Notes: generated by a model not told the origin, from the letters alone. A stretch of DNA of 64,000 bases from Bryobacterales bacterium (GCA_003167495.1 PMSX01000224.1:20216-84215), one strand, 5' to 3'. Shown: positions 37,986 to 50,248, counted from the first letter of the stretch. A program made the numbers and translations.

Positions 37986-38756
37986 GTGCTACACTCAGTT
38001 GTGCGGACGCGGATTCTCGGTGTTATCCCCGCCCGGTTTGCCTCTTCCCGCTTTCCTGGTAAAGCGCTTGCCCTTGTTGCCGGTAAACCAATGCTGCAAC
38101 ACGTCTGGGAACGCGCCAGAAAATCCAGCTATCTTTCCGATCTCCTAGTCGCCACCGACGATGATCGCATCGCCTCCGCCGTTCGCAAGTTCGGCGGCCG
38201 CGTGCGCATGACCGGCAGCCAGCATCCTTCGGGAACCGACCGCCTCGCCGAAGTGGCTTCTGCTGAAAATGCCGCCCTCTACGTCAATATTCAAGGCGAT
38301 GAACCGCTCATCGATCCGGAAGCGATTGATGCTGCCATTCTTTCCGTGCACGGCGACGAATCGGTCGCCATGGGAACGCTCAAGCGGCAGATCTTCGATC
38401 CCACCGATATCGTCAATCCAAACGTTGTTAAAGTGATAACCAATTTACTCGGCGACGCCATCTATTTCTCGCGCTGCCCCATTCCCTACGAGCGTGACGG
38501 CCGCAGCCAGACGCCCCTTTATTTCAAACATATTGGCCTGTATGTGTTCCGGCGCGAATTTCTGCTAAGTTATCCTGATTTGACCGTAGGCCCATTGGAG
38601 CAAGCCGAATGCCTGGAACAACTGCGGGCCTTGGAAAACGGTTATCGCATTCGCGTTGTAAAAACGGAATATGAATCTTTGGGTGTCGATACGCCCGAAG
38701 ATCTCGAGCGCGTCAATAAACTCTTCGCAGTGAGTGATTCGTTGCGGTCGGGTTAA
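37986..38756 (+). CDS. kdsB: 3-deoxy-manno-octulosonate cytidylyltransferase (CMP-KDO synthetase)
   Basis: 256-aa ORF with ILGVIPARFASSRFPGKAL.., ..HPSGTDRLAEV.. and ..NIQGDEPLIDP... The start is uncertain (GTG 37986 or GTG 38001). Confidence 0.9.
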   Translation: MLHSVVRTRILGVIPARFASSRFPGKALALVAGKPMLQHVWERARKSSYLSDLLVATDDDRIASAVRKFGGRVRMTGSQHPSGTDRLAEVASAENAALYVNIQGDEPLIDPEAIDAAILSVHGDESVAMGTLKRQIFDPTDIVNPNVVKVITNLLGDAIYFSRCPIPYERDGRSQTPLYFKHIGLYVFRREFLLSYPDLTVGPLEQAECLEQLRALENGYRIRVVKTEYESLGVDTPEDLERVNKLFAVSDSLRSG

Positions 38757-38788
38757 AGAGAAAAAAATGAACTTTTGGAGGTGGTTCC

Positions 38789-40476
<1,688 letters not shown>

Positions 40477-40480
<4 letters not shown>

Positions 40481-41283
40481 CCACAGTTCAAGCTGGCTCA
40501 GTCAGCTTCTCTAACACCGGCCCGCTCGCTCTGATTGCCGGGCCTTGCGTGATCGAAAGCGAAGAGCACGTGCATCGCATGGTTGAAATCATCCGTAAGG
40601 CCGTCGGAGTGTTCGTCTTCAAAGCGTCTTTCGATAAAGCCAACCGCAGTAGCGTGAAATCGTATCGCGGTCCCGGCCTCACCGAAGGCATTCGAATTCT
40701 GAAAACTGTCCAGAAGCTCGGCATACCGGTGCTCACCGATATTCATGAACCCGCGCAGGCCGACGCGGCTGCCGAGGCTGTCGATATTTTGCAGATCCCC
40801 GCTTTTCTCTGTCGCCAGACCGATCTGCTAGTGGCCGCCGGCCGCACCGGTCGCGTCGTCAACATTAAAAAGGGCCAGTTCGTATCCCCCTCCGACATTG
40901 CCCATGCCGCCGAAAAAGTAGCCAGCACCGGCAACCGCAACATCATCCTTACAGAGCGCGGATCTTCCTTTGGCTATCACAATCTGGTTGTCGATATGCG
41001 TGGTCTGAAAATCATGGCGCAGACCGGCTACCCCGTCGTTTTCGACGCCACGCACAGTGTCCAGCTGCCCGGCGCTGCAGGACCCTATTCTAGCGGCCAG
41101 CCACAATTTATCGAGCCGCTCGCCCGCGCAGCGACCGCTGTCGGCATTGCCGGACTTTTTGTGGAAGTTCATGACAAACCGGAACAGGCGCTCAGCGATG
41201 GCGCCAACGCCTTGCGCGCGAATTTATTGCCGAAGTTTTGGGAACGGCTTACGGCGCTGGATGGATTAGTGAAGCAATGGTAG
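40477..41283 (+). CDS. kdsA: 3-deoxy-8-phosphooctulonate synthase (KDO-8-P synthase)
   Basis: 268-aa ORF with ..[10 protein letters not shown].., ..[12 protein letters not shown].., ..[13 protein letters not shown].. and ..[12 protein letters not shown]... The start overlaps the pyrG stop (ATGA). Confidence 0.93.
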
Positions 41284-41324
41284 TGGGACTCGCGTCGCCC
41301 AGAAGCGTTGCGTCGCCAGCGACT

Positions 41325-41543
41325 TCAAAGCTTTTCTGGATCAAGTTCGGTCGTATTGCCGGCGGCCCGTTCCCCGCGAGTCTCCGCCGCAAGCTTGCTC
41401 AGCGTATCTTGACTTTCAGAAAATCGTTTGTCCCAAAGTTCCTCGTCCGGAAGTTCCTGAAGGAGCCACTGCGCGATGCGGTCCTGTTCACGGGGTGGCA
41501 ACGCCGCAAGTTTCGCCACCACAACATCCAACATTTCCGTCAT
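41325..41543 (-). CDS. small addiction-module-antitoxin-like protein, with no adjacent toxin gene
   Basis: 72-aa ORF: MTEMLDVVVAKLAALPPREQDRIAQWLLQELPDEELWDKRF... This resembles the 'putative addiction module component' antitoxin family. The 41 nt downstream before kdsA leaves no room for a partner gene. Confidence 0.45.
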   Translation of the reverse strand: MTEMLDVVVAKLAALPPREQDRIAQWLLQELPDEELWDKRFSESQDTLSKLAAETRGERAAGNTTELDPEKL

Positions 41544-41628
41544 TGCTCAAAGTATAGACCTGTAAGGGTCGGATTCAGCGTTTTTCTACCCCATCTCAAC
41601 GCGAGCCGCCTTTCGAACGTCGTATTAT

Positions 41629-42138
41629 ATGAATCGTATGCCCCCACAAGTGCGCCAACGTGGCCGCCAGAGACGCCAGCGCGGCTTTTCGTTGATTGAG
41701 CTGCTGGTTGTTATTTCCATCATCCTGATCATTTTGTTTTTCGCAGTACCGAAAATGACCAGCATTCAGGCCAACGCCCGGGAAACCGGCGCGATTTCGA
41801 CAATGAAGACGATCTACGCCTCGCAGGTCCAATACCAGTCCACGTTCAATAAGTTCGCGGCCACCATGACGCAACTGGGTCCGCCTGCAGGCACAGGCGG
41901 AACGGAGGGGCCCGACGCCGCTGGTCTCATCTCGGGCACTTTGGCAGCGGGCGAATCCAGCGGGTACATCTTCACCCTCACCGCCACCCCCACTGGCTAT
42001 ACCGTTTCCGCCGTACCCAAGGTCTTTGGAACCACCGGCCGGCGTACCTTCTTTTTGGACCAGACCGGTGTGATCCGCCAGAACTGGGGCCAGGAACCCG
42101 CTACCGTAACCAGCCCCGAGGCCGGGGCGGCGAAATAG
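41629..42138 (+). CDS. prepilin-type N-terminal cleavage/methylation domain protein (type IV pilin/pseudopilin-like)
   Basis: The leader MNRMPPQVRQRGRQRRQRG precedes FSLIELLVVISIILIILFFAVP, which fits the G|F cleavage site and Glu5 rule. Confidence 0.85.
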   Translation: MNRMPPQVRQRGRQRRQRGFSLIELLVVISIILIILFFAVPKMTSIQANARETGAISTMKTIYASQVQYQSTFNKFAATMTQLGPPAGTGGTEGPDAAGLISGTLAAGESSGYIFTLTATPTGYTVSAVPKVFGTTGRRTFFLDQTGVIRQNWGQEPATVTSPEAGAAK

Positions 42139-42156
42139 CAGGCTGGCAAAGCCGCC

Positions 42157-44412
42157 TTGAAACCCTGCTCAATTCTTTGCTCGATCCTGTGTTGCCTCGC
42201 CTTCACGGCGCAGACCTCATTCGCTAGCCAGACCGCTGCTTCTGTCATTTCCGAACTTCAGCAACTTTCCATCGACCCCGCGCAAACCTACCGCGTCCGC
42301 GAATTGCAGCTCGCTCGCGGCGATATCAAAATCTATCTAACCGAGGGTATTCTGGCCTTCACCAAGCCTGTCGCTGGCCGGGTTGTCGCCGCCGTCTTCA
42401 CCACGGCGGATACGGAACTGGGCGATGGCGAGGTTCTCCTCTTGCCGCCCAACCGCAGTGAGCGGGCATCGCTCGCGATTTTCGCCAAAACACCCAATCT
42501 GGACGAACACTTTTCTTCTGCGGTCTTCTTCTTTTCTGATGAAACCGCCAAGGAACTGCGCAGCCAAATGGACGATCGTCCGCTGCATCCCGCCCCCGGT
42601 CAGGGCCAGGAGCTGGCTGCCGGCGCGGATAAAACTCTGCGTCTCGATTCGAACGAAATCGACGTAAAAATCGCCCGGTCGCTTCTCGACAATCACACGC
42701 CTGAGCAGGGCTTTTTTTACGGGATTATCGGCGGCCGTAGGCTTGGCGTTTTCAATGTCATCTATGAGCCTAGCCGTCCGGAGTCCGTGCTGCTTGGCCA
42801 TTTCGTGCCGGCCGAGAAAAGCTTGCAGTACTTTCAGGTCTGGTGCAACTTCCGTCCCAGGCGAAAGCCGCCGCTGGTCGATTCGCCGCAAAGTATATCC
42901 GACTACCGTCTCGACACCGTCATCCACCCGGATCTTTGGATGGCGGCGCAAGCCAAGTTCACATACCGCGCTGCTGCCGGCGATGGCCGCGCAATCGCTT
43001 TGGAATTGTCCCCCCACCTTCACGTAACGGCAGCCCAGATTGACGGCAAGCCCGCCGAGTTCTTGCAACATGGCGTCGACGGCACGCAACCGATGCAAGG
43101 CGGCGCGCCTCTCTTGCTGGTAGCCGCGGACCCTCTCGCGCCTGAAACTCCCCATAACATCGAGCTGTCCTACGAAGGTTCTGTTGTTTTTCGCACCGCC
43201 GCTGGAAACTATTTTGTCGACGAACGCAACACTTGGTATCCCTTCGTCTCGCCCATGCTTACTACGTTTGACCTGACGTTCCATTGTCCTGAAAACCTGC
43301 GCGTCGTTGCCACCGGCGAATTGCTTTCCGACGACGTGTCTTCCGGCTTGCGCACCGTTCATCGCAAAACACAAGTGCCCGAACCTCTCGCCGGCTTTAA
43401 CATCGGTAACTACGAAGCGAGCAGCCTGGAACAGGGCCGCTACCGCATTGAGCTGTTTGCGAACAAGTTGGAAAACTCAGCCGGCTTGTCCGCGCAAGCG
43501 GCCAGCATTCTGGATTACTACACGGCGCGCTGGCAGCCACTTGGCATCCACAGCTTGGCCATTTCTCCCATAGAAGGCTACTTTGGTCAAGGCTTTCCCG
43601 GCCTCATCTATTTGTCCAGCGTCTCTTACATTCGGCAAGAAGACCGGCCCCCTGATTTGCGCAACTCGCGTCTCGATTCCTTCTTTACCGAAATGCTCTT
43701 GCCTCATGAAATCGCGCACCAATGGTGGGGCAACACGGTGAGCCCCGCGGACTACCGCACCACGTGGCTCTTTGAGGCTATGTCAAGCTACTCCGCGCTG
43801 GAATTTCTCGAACAAAGCAAGGGCCGCGCCGCGCTCGACGACGTTCTCGAAAGCTATCGCCAGGATTTACTAGCCACGGAAAAAGGAGCGCCAGTCGAAT
43901 CCGCCGGCCCGTTGGATTTCGGCGAACGTTTGTTGGATAACAACGGTATGCGCGCCTGGCATATCATCACCTATGAAAAAGGCGCTTGGGTCCTGCACAT
44001 GCTTCGCATGCGCCTCGGCGATGAGGCCTTCCGCTCCTTGCAAACCCGCCTCGTCAGCGAATTTCAAAACAAGCTGATCGCAAACGACGATTTTCGCCGT
44101 GTGGCTGCTTCGTTTGTGCCCGCGGATCAGTCCGACAAATCGCTCGACGTGTTCTTCGATAACTGGGTCTACGCGACGGGCATCCCTAGAATGGCGTTTA
44201 GTAGCACTGGCAACGCGGTATCGCTCAAAGTTTCGGATGTCGACAGTGGCTTCGCCCTCGATCTTCCCCTGCGTTGCACAGGCGCGGACGGCAAAGAACA
44301 AATCGAATGGGTCCACGCCGCCGCCGGCGAAAATTCGTTCGACATGTCCAACGGCAACCACTCCTGCCAGTTACCGAAACAGACTGACTATCTCTATCAA
44401 TTGTCGAACTAG
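42157..44412 (+). CDS. M1-family zinc metallopeptidase (aminopeptidase N-like), exported
   Basis: 751-aa ORF with a TTG start and a signal peptide. It has HEIAHQWWG followed by Glu after 18 residues (..WLFEAMSSY), which is the HEXXH-X18-E gluzincin signature. Confidence 0.85.
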   Translation: MKPCSILCSILCCLAFTAQTSFASQTAASVISELQQLSIDPAQTYRVRELQLARGDIKIYLTEGILAFTKPVAGRVVAAVFTTADTELGDGEVLLLPPNRSERASLAIFAKTPNLDEHFSSAVFFFSDETAKELRSQMDDRPLHPAPGQGQELAAGADKTLRLDSNEIDVKIARSLLDNHTPEQGFFYGIIGGRRLGVFNVIYEPSRPESVLLGHFVPAEKSLQYFQVWCNFRPRRKPPLVDSPQSISDYRLDTVIHPDLWMAAQAKFTYRAAAGDGRAIALELSPHLHVTAAQIDGKPAEFLQHGVDGTQPMQGGAPLLLVAADPLAPETPHNIELSYEGSVVFRTAAGNYFVDERNTWYPFVSPMLTTFDLTFHCPENLRVVATGELLSDDVSSGLRTVHRKTQVPEPLAGFNIGNYEASSLEQGRYRIELFANKLENSAGLSAQAASILDYYTARWQPLGIHSLAISPIEGYFGQGFPGLIYLSSVSYIRQEDRPPDLRNSRLDSFFTEMLLPHEIAHQWWGNTVSPADYRTTWLFEAMSSYSALEFLEQSKGRAALDDVLESYRQDLLATEKGAPVESAGPLDFGERLLDNNGMRAWHIITYEKGAWVLHMLRMRLGDEAFRSLQTRLVSEFQNKLIANDDFRRVAASFVPADQSDKSLDVFFDNWVYATGIPRMAFSSTGNAVSLKVSDVDSGFALDLPLRCTGADGKEQIEWVHAAAGENSFDMSNGNHSCQLPKQTDYLYQLSN

Positions 44413-44496
44413 GTCTTGCGCGTTTACTTTCGGCCCCCGGCTTGGCACCGCCCGCCGTGAGAAAATCTCTTATCGATGAGAACAGGAGACCAAAAT

Positions 44497-44946
44497 ATGA
44501 AGAGCAAATATTCACCTATAACAATGCCGGCCCTTGGGCTAGCCGGGCTGCTCGCGATGGGCGCGCCAGGCGCTTTCGCCCAGCACAAGGCTATCGGATT
44601 CCAAAAGAACATGCCGTTCAGTGAGGGTTACATTGCAGGACACACCCTTTATGTTGCGGGTCAGCAAGGACCCGACTCGAACGGCAAAGTTACCGGTACC
44701 GACATCACTCTACAAACTACTAACGCGATCGCCGCAATTGAGAAGGTTGTTAAGGAAGCGCGCTTTCAGATGACCGATATTGTTTCCGTTACCATCTACC
44801 TCACCGACTTGAACGATGTAAAGGAAATGAATGAGGTTTATAAGAAACTTATGCCCGATCCAAAGCCAGCCCGAGCCACCGTGCAGGTTGCGGGCTTGAT
44901 TGGCGGGGCGAAAATCGAAATTTCGGCAATTGCCGTAAAGCGCTAG
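44497..44946 (+). CDS. RidA/YjgF-family protein with an N-terminal signal peptide
   Basis: ATG 44497 follows aggaga. The signal peptide is MKSKYSPITMPALGLAGLLAMGAPGAFAQ. The family core is ..GHTLYVAGQQG.. and ..ARATVQVAGLIGGAKIEISAIAV.. Confidence 0.8.
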   Translation: MKSKYSPITMPALGLAGLLAMGAPGAFAQHKAIGFQKNMPFSEGYIAGHTLYVAGQQGPDSNGKVTGTDITLQTTNAIAAIEKVVKEARFQMTDIVSVTIYLTDLNDVKEMNEVYKKLMPDPKPARATVQVAGLIGGAKIEISAIAVKR

Positions 44947-44988
44947 CGGGCGTGAGCAAATTACGGCATCGATAAACTAAACAGAAAC

Positions 44989-45870
44989 ATGACACTGTCT
45001 GTCGTTCGAATTGTTTGTGTGCTTGGACTCGTGGCTGGCGGGGGACTCGCGCAGGAAGTGATTCCTCTCTATTCTGGCGCGGCTCCGGGTTCTGCGGGAG
45101 AGCGCTACCAAGAGAAAGAATATTTCTCAAAAACCTGGAACACGGAAGTGGTAACGAACGTTACGAAACCCACACTAACCGTGTACAAACCTGCCGCGGG
45201 GGCGAGCAATGGAAGCGCGGCGGTGATCTGCCCAGGGGGCGGATTCATGGCTCTCTCGATCAATAGCGAGGGCCTCGATGTCGCGAAGTGGCTAGCGCTC
45301 CGAGGAGTAACGTCGTTCGTGTTGAAATACCGTCTGGCTCACACGGGCGATGATGCCACGCAGGAGTTCGCGGCAATGTTTCAGGACAAGAAGAAGTTTG
45401 GAGAGATATTAGACAAGGTTGTGCCATTGTCGATTGACGACGGGCTTGCGGCTGTGGCATATGTACGCAAACACTCCGCGGACTGGGGTATTTCGGCTGA
45501 CCGGGTGGGAATCATTGGGTTCTCCGCGGGCGGGACAGTAGCTGCGGCCGTCGGACTGCGCTACGCGCCGGAAGGCCGCCCGGCTTTTGTGGCGCCGATT
45601 TACCCCGCCGCATCGATGCTCAAGGATATTCCGGTACCGGTCGACGCTCCGCCAATGTTTCTAGCCGCCGCTACTGACGATCAACTGGGCTTGGCGATGG
45701 ATAGCATCGGATTATACGAACGGTGGGTGGCTGCGCACAAATCCGCCGAACTGCATATGTACGCCAAGGGCGGCCACGGTTTCGGGATGCGGAAGCAGGG
45801 ATTGCCTTCCGATCTATGGATCGACAGGCTCACCGATTGGCTCGCATCGCAGGGGTGGCTGAAGAAATAG
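44989..45870 (+). CDS. alpha/beta-hydrolase-fold esterase (BD-FAE/lipase-like), exported
   Basis: 293-aa ORF with a signal peptide, an oxyanion-type CPGGGF, the nucleophile elbow GFSAGG and a C-terminal ..GGHGFG... Confidence 0.8.
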   Translation: MTLSVVRIVCVLGLVAGGGLAQEVIPLYSGAAPGSAGERYQEKEYFSKTWNTEVVTNVTKPTLTVYKPAAGASNGSAAVICPGGGFMALSINSEGLDVAKWLALRGVTSFVLKYRLAHTGDDATQEFAAMFQDKKKFGEILDKVVPLSIDDGLAAVAYVRKHSADWGISADRVGIIGFSAGGTVAAAVGLRYAPEGRPAFVAPIYPAASMLKDIPVPVDAPPMFLAAATDDQLGLAMDSIGLYERWVAAHKSAELHMYAKGGHGFGMRKQGLPSDLWIDRLTDWLASQGWLKK

Positions 45871-45921
45871 ACCAATCGAATCGGTTCTGAAGCCGGGATG
45901 TTTCCCGGGCGCCGCTCAGTC

Positions 45922-46860
45922 TCACACTCGGACAGCGTTCCGCGAGATGTATTCATCGAGTGAATGATCGGGCCCAATGTAGTGGAACTCCTCAGCGTAC
46001 TCTAGCGCATACTTTCCGCCCGTGAAGTGGTCGCGCGCCTGGAATACTGCTCGTATGAATTCGTCACCGGCGCTTGACGGATCTCCAGTGAGGGCGGGAA
46101 TGCGCAGATTTTTCGCAGCCAGAGTATCGTTCAGGTCTTTCACCATGTGATCTACCATGGTGCGGCAGGAACGTATTGCCGCCAGCTTGCCGGGCAGGGT
46201 CGCGGAGATATCTACAACACGGTTCACAAGTTGCGGGCCACGCGCAAAATAGTATTTCTCGGAAACGCTATGCGGCCTAAGCCCAGCGGCAAAGTGTTCC
46301 GGAAAGTCGAGACTGCCTCCAGCCATCCAGCATGCCGCTTCAACCGCCTGAGCAGTGATGTAGTGATCCGGATTCTCTTCATAATGGCCCCATGGATCGT
46401 AGCTCAATACGGTGTCTACGTGAAGAAGCCGGAACAAAAAGATGAGGCGTCCACGGATTTCACTGCGGGCGACGTCATCCATCCGATGGTTACGGTAACT
46501 TAAGTCGAAGACCTGCTTCAGCCCAACTGTTTTCGCGAGCAACTCCGCGTCTTGTTCATTAGCAAGCACGGTTTCTCCCAAAGTGCGCCGGTAGGAGTCC
46601 TTCTCGTCGTTGCTCGTCCGAATGAGATAGCCTGTGAAGCCCTCATTGAGCATTTTCACAATCGTTCCACCCGCAAAAATAGGGCCATCATCAAGATGAG
46701 GTGTGACCAGCGCGAACACCTTGCCCTGATTCGGTTTGCCCGAAACCGAACGCTCAATGAAGACGTCAGCGGGAGCGCCGACCGGAACGGTCTGGCCAAG
46801 CGTCGAGTCGCTTGTACTTATGCCCGTAACCACCAAGTTGAGAAAATCACGCCGTTCCAT
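45922..46860 (-). CDS. PIG-L/LmbE-family deacetylase
   Basis: 312-aa ORF with RBS aaggagg. It has ..VTPHLDDGPIFAGGTIVKM.. (PIG-L 'HPDD'-type motif) and ..PDHYITAQAV.. (His motif). Confidence 0.7.
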   Translation of the reverse strand: MERRDFLNLVVTGISTSDSTLGQTVPVGAPADVFIERSVSGKPNQGKVFALVTPHLDDGPIFAGGTIVKMLNEGFTGYLIRTSNDEKDSYRRTLGETVLANEQDAELLAKTVGLKQVFDLSYRNHRMDDVARSEIRGRLIFLFRLLHVDTVLSYDPWGHYEENPDHYITAQAVEAACWMAGGSLDFPEHFAAGLRPHSVSEKYYFARGPQLVNRVVDISATLPGKLAAIRSCRTMVDHMVKDLNDTLAAKNLRIPALTGDPSSAGDEFIRAVFQARDHFTGGKYALEYAEEFHYIGPDHSLDEYISRNAVRV

Positions 46861-46887
46861 GACAGTAATCGCCTCCTTCGCCGAAAG

Positions 46888-46910
46888 TGTCGGCCTGAAG
46901 TCCGCCGACA
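46888..46910 (-). terminator. possible hairpin between the ADOP permease stop and the PIG-L start (no U-tract)
   Basis: tgtcggc-ctgaagtcc-gccgaca forms a 7-bp perfect stem with a 9-nt loop. No T-run follows on the minus strand. Confidence 0.25.
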
Positions 46911-47003
46911 GTCCGGGTTATCTGTGCGGCTCGCGACTAACGGGCGCGCACTTCCAAAGATCTTATTATGGATTTCGCCGGTAATAATCAGTCATCGCTC
47001 TTA

Positions 47004-49721
47004 CTATTCTTCCCGCAAAGCCACGAGAGGGTCGAGGCGGCTGGCGCGCCGGGCCGGCAGGTACGCGGCCGCAGCTGCAACCAGTAGAAACGCTACGATC
47101 GCGAGGAGCAGATTCCCCGGATCGTTCGGCCGGATTCCGTAAAGCAAAGTTGCCACCAGCCGCGACGTGGCCAGCACTGCGATCACACCCACGGCAATAC
47201 CGATTGCCACTTGCCCTATAGCTTCGCGAACCACCAAAATGACCACGCTGTGCCGCTGCGCGCCGAGCGCCATCCGCACGCCAATTTCTCCCGTGCGGCG
47301 CGCCACCGCGTATGCCAAAATTCCATACAGCCCAATCGCCGACAGCAGCAGCGCCAAAACACCGAAGAAAACCGATAGGCAGGCCATCAGCCGTTCACTC
47401 CCAAGCGAGTCATCCACGTGCTCCTGCATTGTCTCCACCAAACCAATCGGAACATCGGACGCGGCGTCGTGCAAGACCGTGTGAAACGCCGTATACGTAG
47501 CGGTCGCTCCCAAGTTGGTTTTGACGAGAACGTTCAGCGAGGGCAGGGAACCCGCGTTTTGGGTATACGGGAAGTACAGAGTGGGTGGTTCTGGCTCTCG
47601 AAGATCCTCGTATTTGGCGTTCCCAACCACTCCCACAATGCGGATCAATGCTCCGTCGACTCTAAAATAACCTCCCAAACCGTTACCACCCGGAAAGTAT
47701 CTCCGAGCGGCCGCTTCGTTGATAATCCCCACTTTTTCCGTAGCGGCCACATCACCGGATGCAAACTCTCTACCGGAAAGGAGTGGTGTTCTCATCACCT
47801 CAAAAAAGCGGGGACCTACGAGGTTCATATAGGTGAGCCGCTGATCTTCGGAAAGATCCGTTCTGCCCGGAATCTCCACGTTCTCGTTCCAGACGCCTCC
47901 GCCTAACGGTGTGCACCAGATGACGCTGGCGGCGAGCACTCCCGGAATGGCTTGGACCCGCTGTAAGAGACGGTCGTAGAGATTCACAAGCGCAGCCCCT
48001 TTTTCGGGGCGTTTGTCAGTGTCCACTGCGATTAACACCACATTCTTTGGATCGAAGCCCGGATTCAACGTGGCCAGACGCCACAAACTGCCAGCGAACA
48101 GACCTGCGCCTGAAATCAGCACGACGGAGAGCGCCGCTTGCAGAACAAGAATGGCGCCACTCATCCCCATTCGTCCCGACGTGCCCTGCAGATTGCCTGC
48201 CCGCTCCTTCAATGAAGAATTCAGGGCAAGCCGTGTGGCCCCGATTGCCGGAACAAGACCAAATAACAAACCGGAACCGACCGTGGCAAAGAAAGTGAAC
48301 AGTGCCACGCGCCAGTCCACGTGCAGGTCGAATTGGATCTCTTGCCCCATAGAGGCCCGCTGTGTCGCGGCCAGGAAGGCAACCAGCAAGTGTGTCGACC
48401 ATACTGCAAAGGCCAGCCCCACCGCTCCTCCCAGAAGTGACAAAAGCACGCTCTCAGTCAGCAATTGACGTATCAAACGCCCGCGGCCCGCGCCAATTGC
48501 CAGCCGGACGGCGATCTCCCGCTGCCGCGAGGAAGCACGCGCCAGCAGCATATTCGAAAGGTTGGCGCACGCGATGAGTAAAACAACCCCAACGAGTATC
48601 ATCAGGACCGCTAGCGGATTGCTGAACTTGCGGCGCAGATCCGTCCAACCATTCGCATCTGAAGTTGCGGCCAATTGCCACGCAAGAGATTTCTTCCGTC
48701 CGGCCGCGCCCCAGTCGGGCGCAGCGTCCAACATAGCCTGCGGCGAGATTATCTTGAGCTGCGCCTGCGCTTGCTGCAGCGAAACGCCAGACTTCAAACG
48801 CGCCATCGGTATCAGCCACCAACAACTGCGGCTAGCAAGGCAGCCCTTCATGCCAATCCGCTCCGACAGTGCAAGCGGAACCCAGATCTGCGGCCTCGTC
48901 CCCACGTCCGCGCCGAAAAAGCTCTGCGGCATCACGCCGATAATGCTGAACTCGACGCCGTCCAGCACGAGGCCCGCGCCAATTGCAGACGGATTCCGCG
49001 CAAACCGATTTGACCAGAATGTCTCGCTAATCACCGCTACGGGTCCGTTCTTTCCGCCGTCCCGCTTGTCGTCTTCGGCGGTAAATGTGCGTCCTAGAAT
49101 CGCCGGGACGCCCAGTGTTCGAAAATAATCGCCACTGGCGAACGCTCCGTTCACGTGCGCCATCTCTCCGCCCGATCGCATTTGAAAGCTGTGATCCGCC
49201 CACGTAAATACGCCAGAGAAAACCCTACTTCGGTCGCGCACCTGTTCGAAAATCGCGTTCGTCAAAGCGATGCGCGGTTCTGGATTTCCATCATTTATAT
49301 AAACTCGGACTAACGCCGCCGGGTCGGGAACGGGCAGCGGCCTCAGCAGCAGGGCGTCGATCAAACTGAAAATCGCCGTATTGGCGCCGATGCCCAGGGC
49401 AAGCGACAAGGCCGCTGCCGCCGCGAATCCGCGGTGCTTTTTGAGCAATCGCACTGCATAGCGCAGGTCATGCGCGGATTCATCAATGAAATTGAGTCCT
49501 CGCGCTTCCCGGCATTCCTCTTTTCGCTGTTGCAACCCTTGCATCGCACGAAGAGCCGCGTAGCGGGCTTCCTCCGCGGTCATGCCTCGCCCACGTTCTT
49601 CTTCTATGCGGCGCTCAAAATGGTAGTTCAATTCTTCATCTAATTCCTGTTCCACATCCTTGCGCCGGAATAGTGACCGCAGTTTTAAAGGAATTGAATA
49701 GAACCAATGCTCAATCGACAT
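47004..49721 (-). CDS. duplicated FtsX/MacB-type ABC permease (acidobacterial duplicated orphan permease, ADOP type)
   Basis: 905-aa ORF. A helical N-terminal cap (..[16 protein letters not shown]..) is followed by two MacB_PCD+FtsX halves. No ATPase gene is adjacent. It lies 3 nt downstream of a PadR gene, the arrangement described for the ADOP family. Confidence 0.88.
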   Translation of the reverse strand: MSIEHWFYSIPLKLRSLFRRKDVEQELDEELNYHFERRIEEERGRGMTAEEARYAALRAMQGLQQRKEECREARGLNFIDESAHDLRYAVRLLKKHRGFAAAAALSLALGIGANTAIFSLIDALLLRPLPVPDPAALVRVYINDGNPEPRIALTNAIFEQVRDRSRVFSGVFTWADHSFQMRSGGEMAHVNGAFASGDYFRTLGVPAILGRTFTAEDDKRDGGKNGPVAVISETFWSNRFARNPSAIGAGLVLDGVEFSIIGVMPQSFFGADVGTRPQIWVPLALSERIGMKGCLASRSCWWLIPMARLKSGVSLQQAQAQLKIISPQAMLDAAPDWGAAGRKKSLAWQLAATSDANGWTDLRRKFSNPLAVLMILVGVVLLIACANLSNMLLARASSRQREIAVRLAIGAGRGRLIRQLLTESVLLSLLGGAVGLAFAVWSTHLLVAFLAATQRASMGQEIQFDLHVDWRVALFTFFATVGSGLLFGLVPAIGATRLALNSSLKERAGNLQGTSGRMGMSGAILVLQAALSVVLISGAGLFAGSLWRLATLNPGFDPKNVVLIAVDTDKRPEKGAALVNLYDRLLQRVQAIPGVLAASVIWCTPLGGGVWNENVEIPGRTDLSEDQRLTYMNLVGPRFFEVMRTPLLSGREFASGDVAATEKVGIINEAAARRYFPGGNGLGGYFRVDGALIRIVGVVGNAKYEDLREPEPPTLYFPYTQNAGSLPSLNVLVKTNLGATATYTAFHTVLHDAASDVPIGLVETMQEHVDDSLGSERLMACLSVFFGVLALLLSAIGLYGILAYAVARRTGEIGVRMALGAQRHSVVILVVREAIGQVAIGIAVGVIAVLATSRLVATLLYGIRPNDPGNLLLAIVAFLLVAAAAAYLPARRASRLDPLVALREE

Positions 49722-49724
49722 TGT

Positions 49725-50060
49725 CTAGATCTCCTTAAGCCGAACCACGTGTGAAATGGCATTCGAAAGACGCTCCCAATTCTCCGTCTCTGTCGCGAGT
49801 TGCTTCCGCCCAAGCCGCGTTAGTTCATAGAACTTCGCGCGTCTGTTGTTTTCCGAAAGTTTCCATTCCGCTTGGATCCAGCCGCCTTGTTCCAGTTTGT
49901 GCAGCGCCGGGTAGAGCGAGCCATCGCTGACGTGAAGCGCGTCGCTCGAAACTTGCTTTAACCGCTGACCGATGGCCCAGCCGTTCATTGGTTCCAGCGC
50001 CAGGATCTTCAAAATCAAGAGGTCCAGCGTTCCCTGGACTAAATCAGACGGTTTGCTCAT
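49725..50060 (-). CDS. PadR-family transcriptional regulator (acidobacterial type)
   Basis: 111-aa ORF: ..GTLDLLILKILALEPMNGWAIGQRL..SDGSLYPALHKLEQGGWIQAEW..NNRRAKFYELT..G.., a classic PadR winged helix. Confidence 0.92.
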   Translation of the reverse strand: MSKPSDLVQGTLDLLILKILALEPMNGWAIGQRLKQVSSDALHVSDGSLYPALHKLEQGGWIQAEWKLSENNRRAKFYELTRLGRKQLATETENWERLSNAISHVVRLKEI

Positions 50061-50248
50061 GCTTCCACTCGGTTAACGAGAATAGAATATAACAAACTCC
50101 TCTCGGTAAGCAAGGGAGATGTTGAATCCAAGTCGAACCCCGCTTTTCCTGGTTGCTTTATGCCTACGGCTCAGACCATGTCTTCTTAGATGACCAGAGG
50201 GTGCCCGTACTGCAGTAAATTAAATTTGACTTTCCGTTTCTTTTTTTT

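Noticed and set aside
45893-45908. Hairpin ccggga-tgtt-tcccgg between the convergent esterase and PIG-L genes, considered as a bidirectional terminator
   Set aside because: It has only a 6-bp stem and no flanking T/A tracts on either strand, which is too weak to call.
50061-50120. PadR operator candidate around ctcggttaacgag
   Set aside because: Only the central GTTAAC is truly palindromic and the flanks are imperfect. Without a known consensus for this PadR subgroup, this would be over-interpretation.
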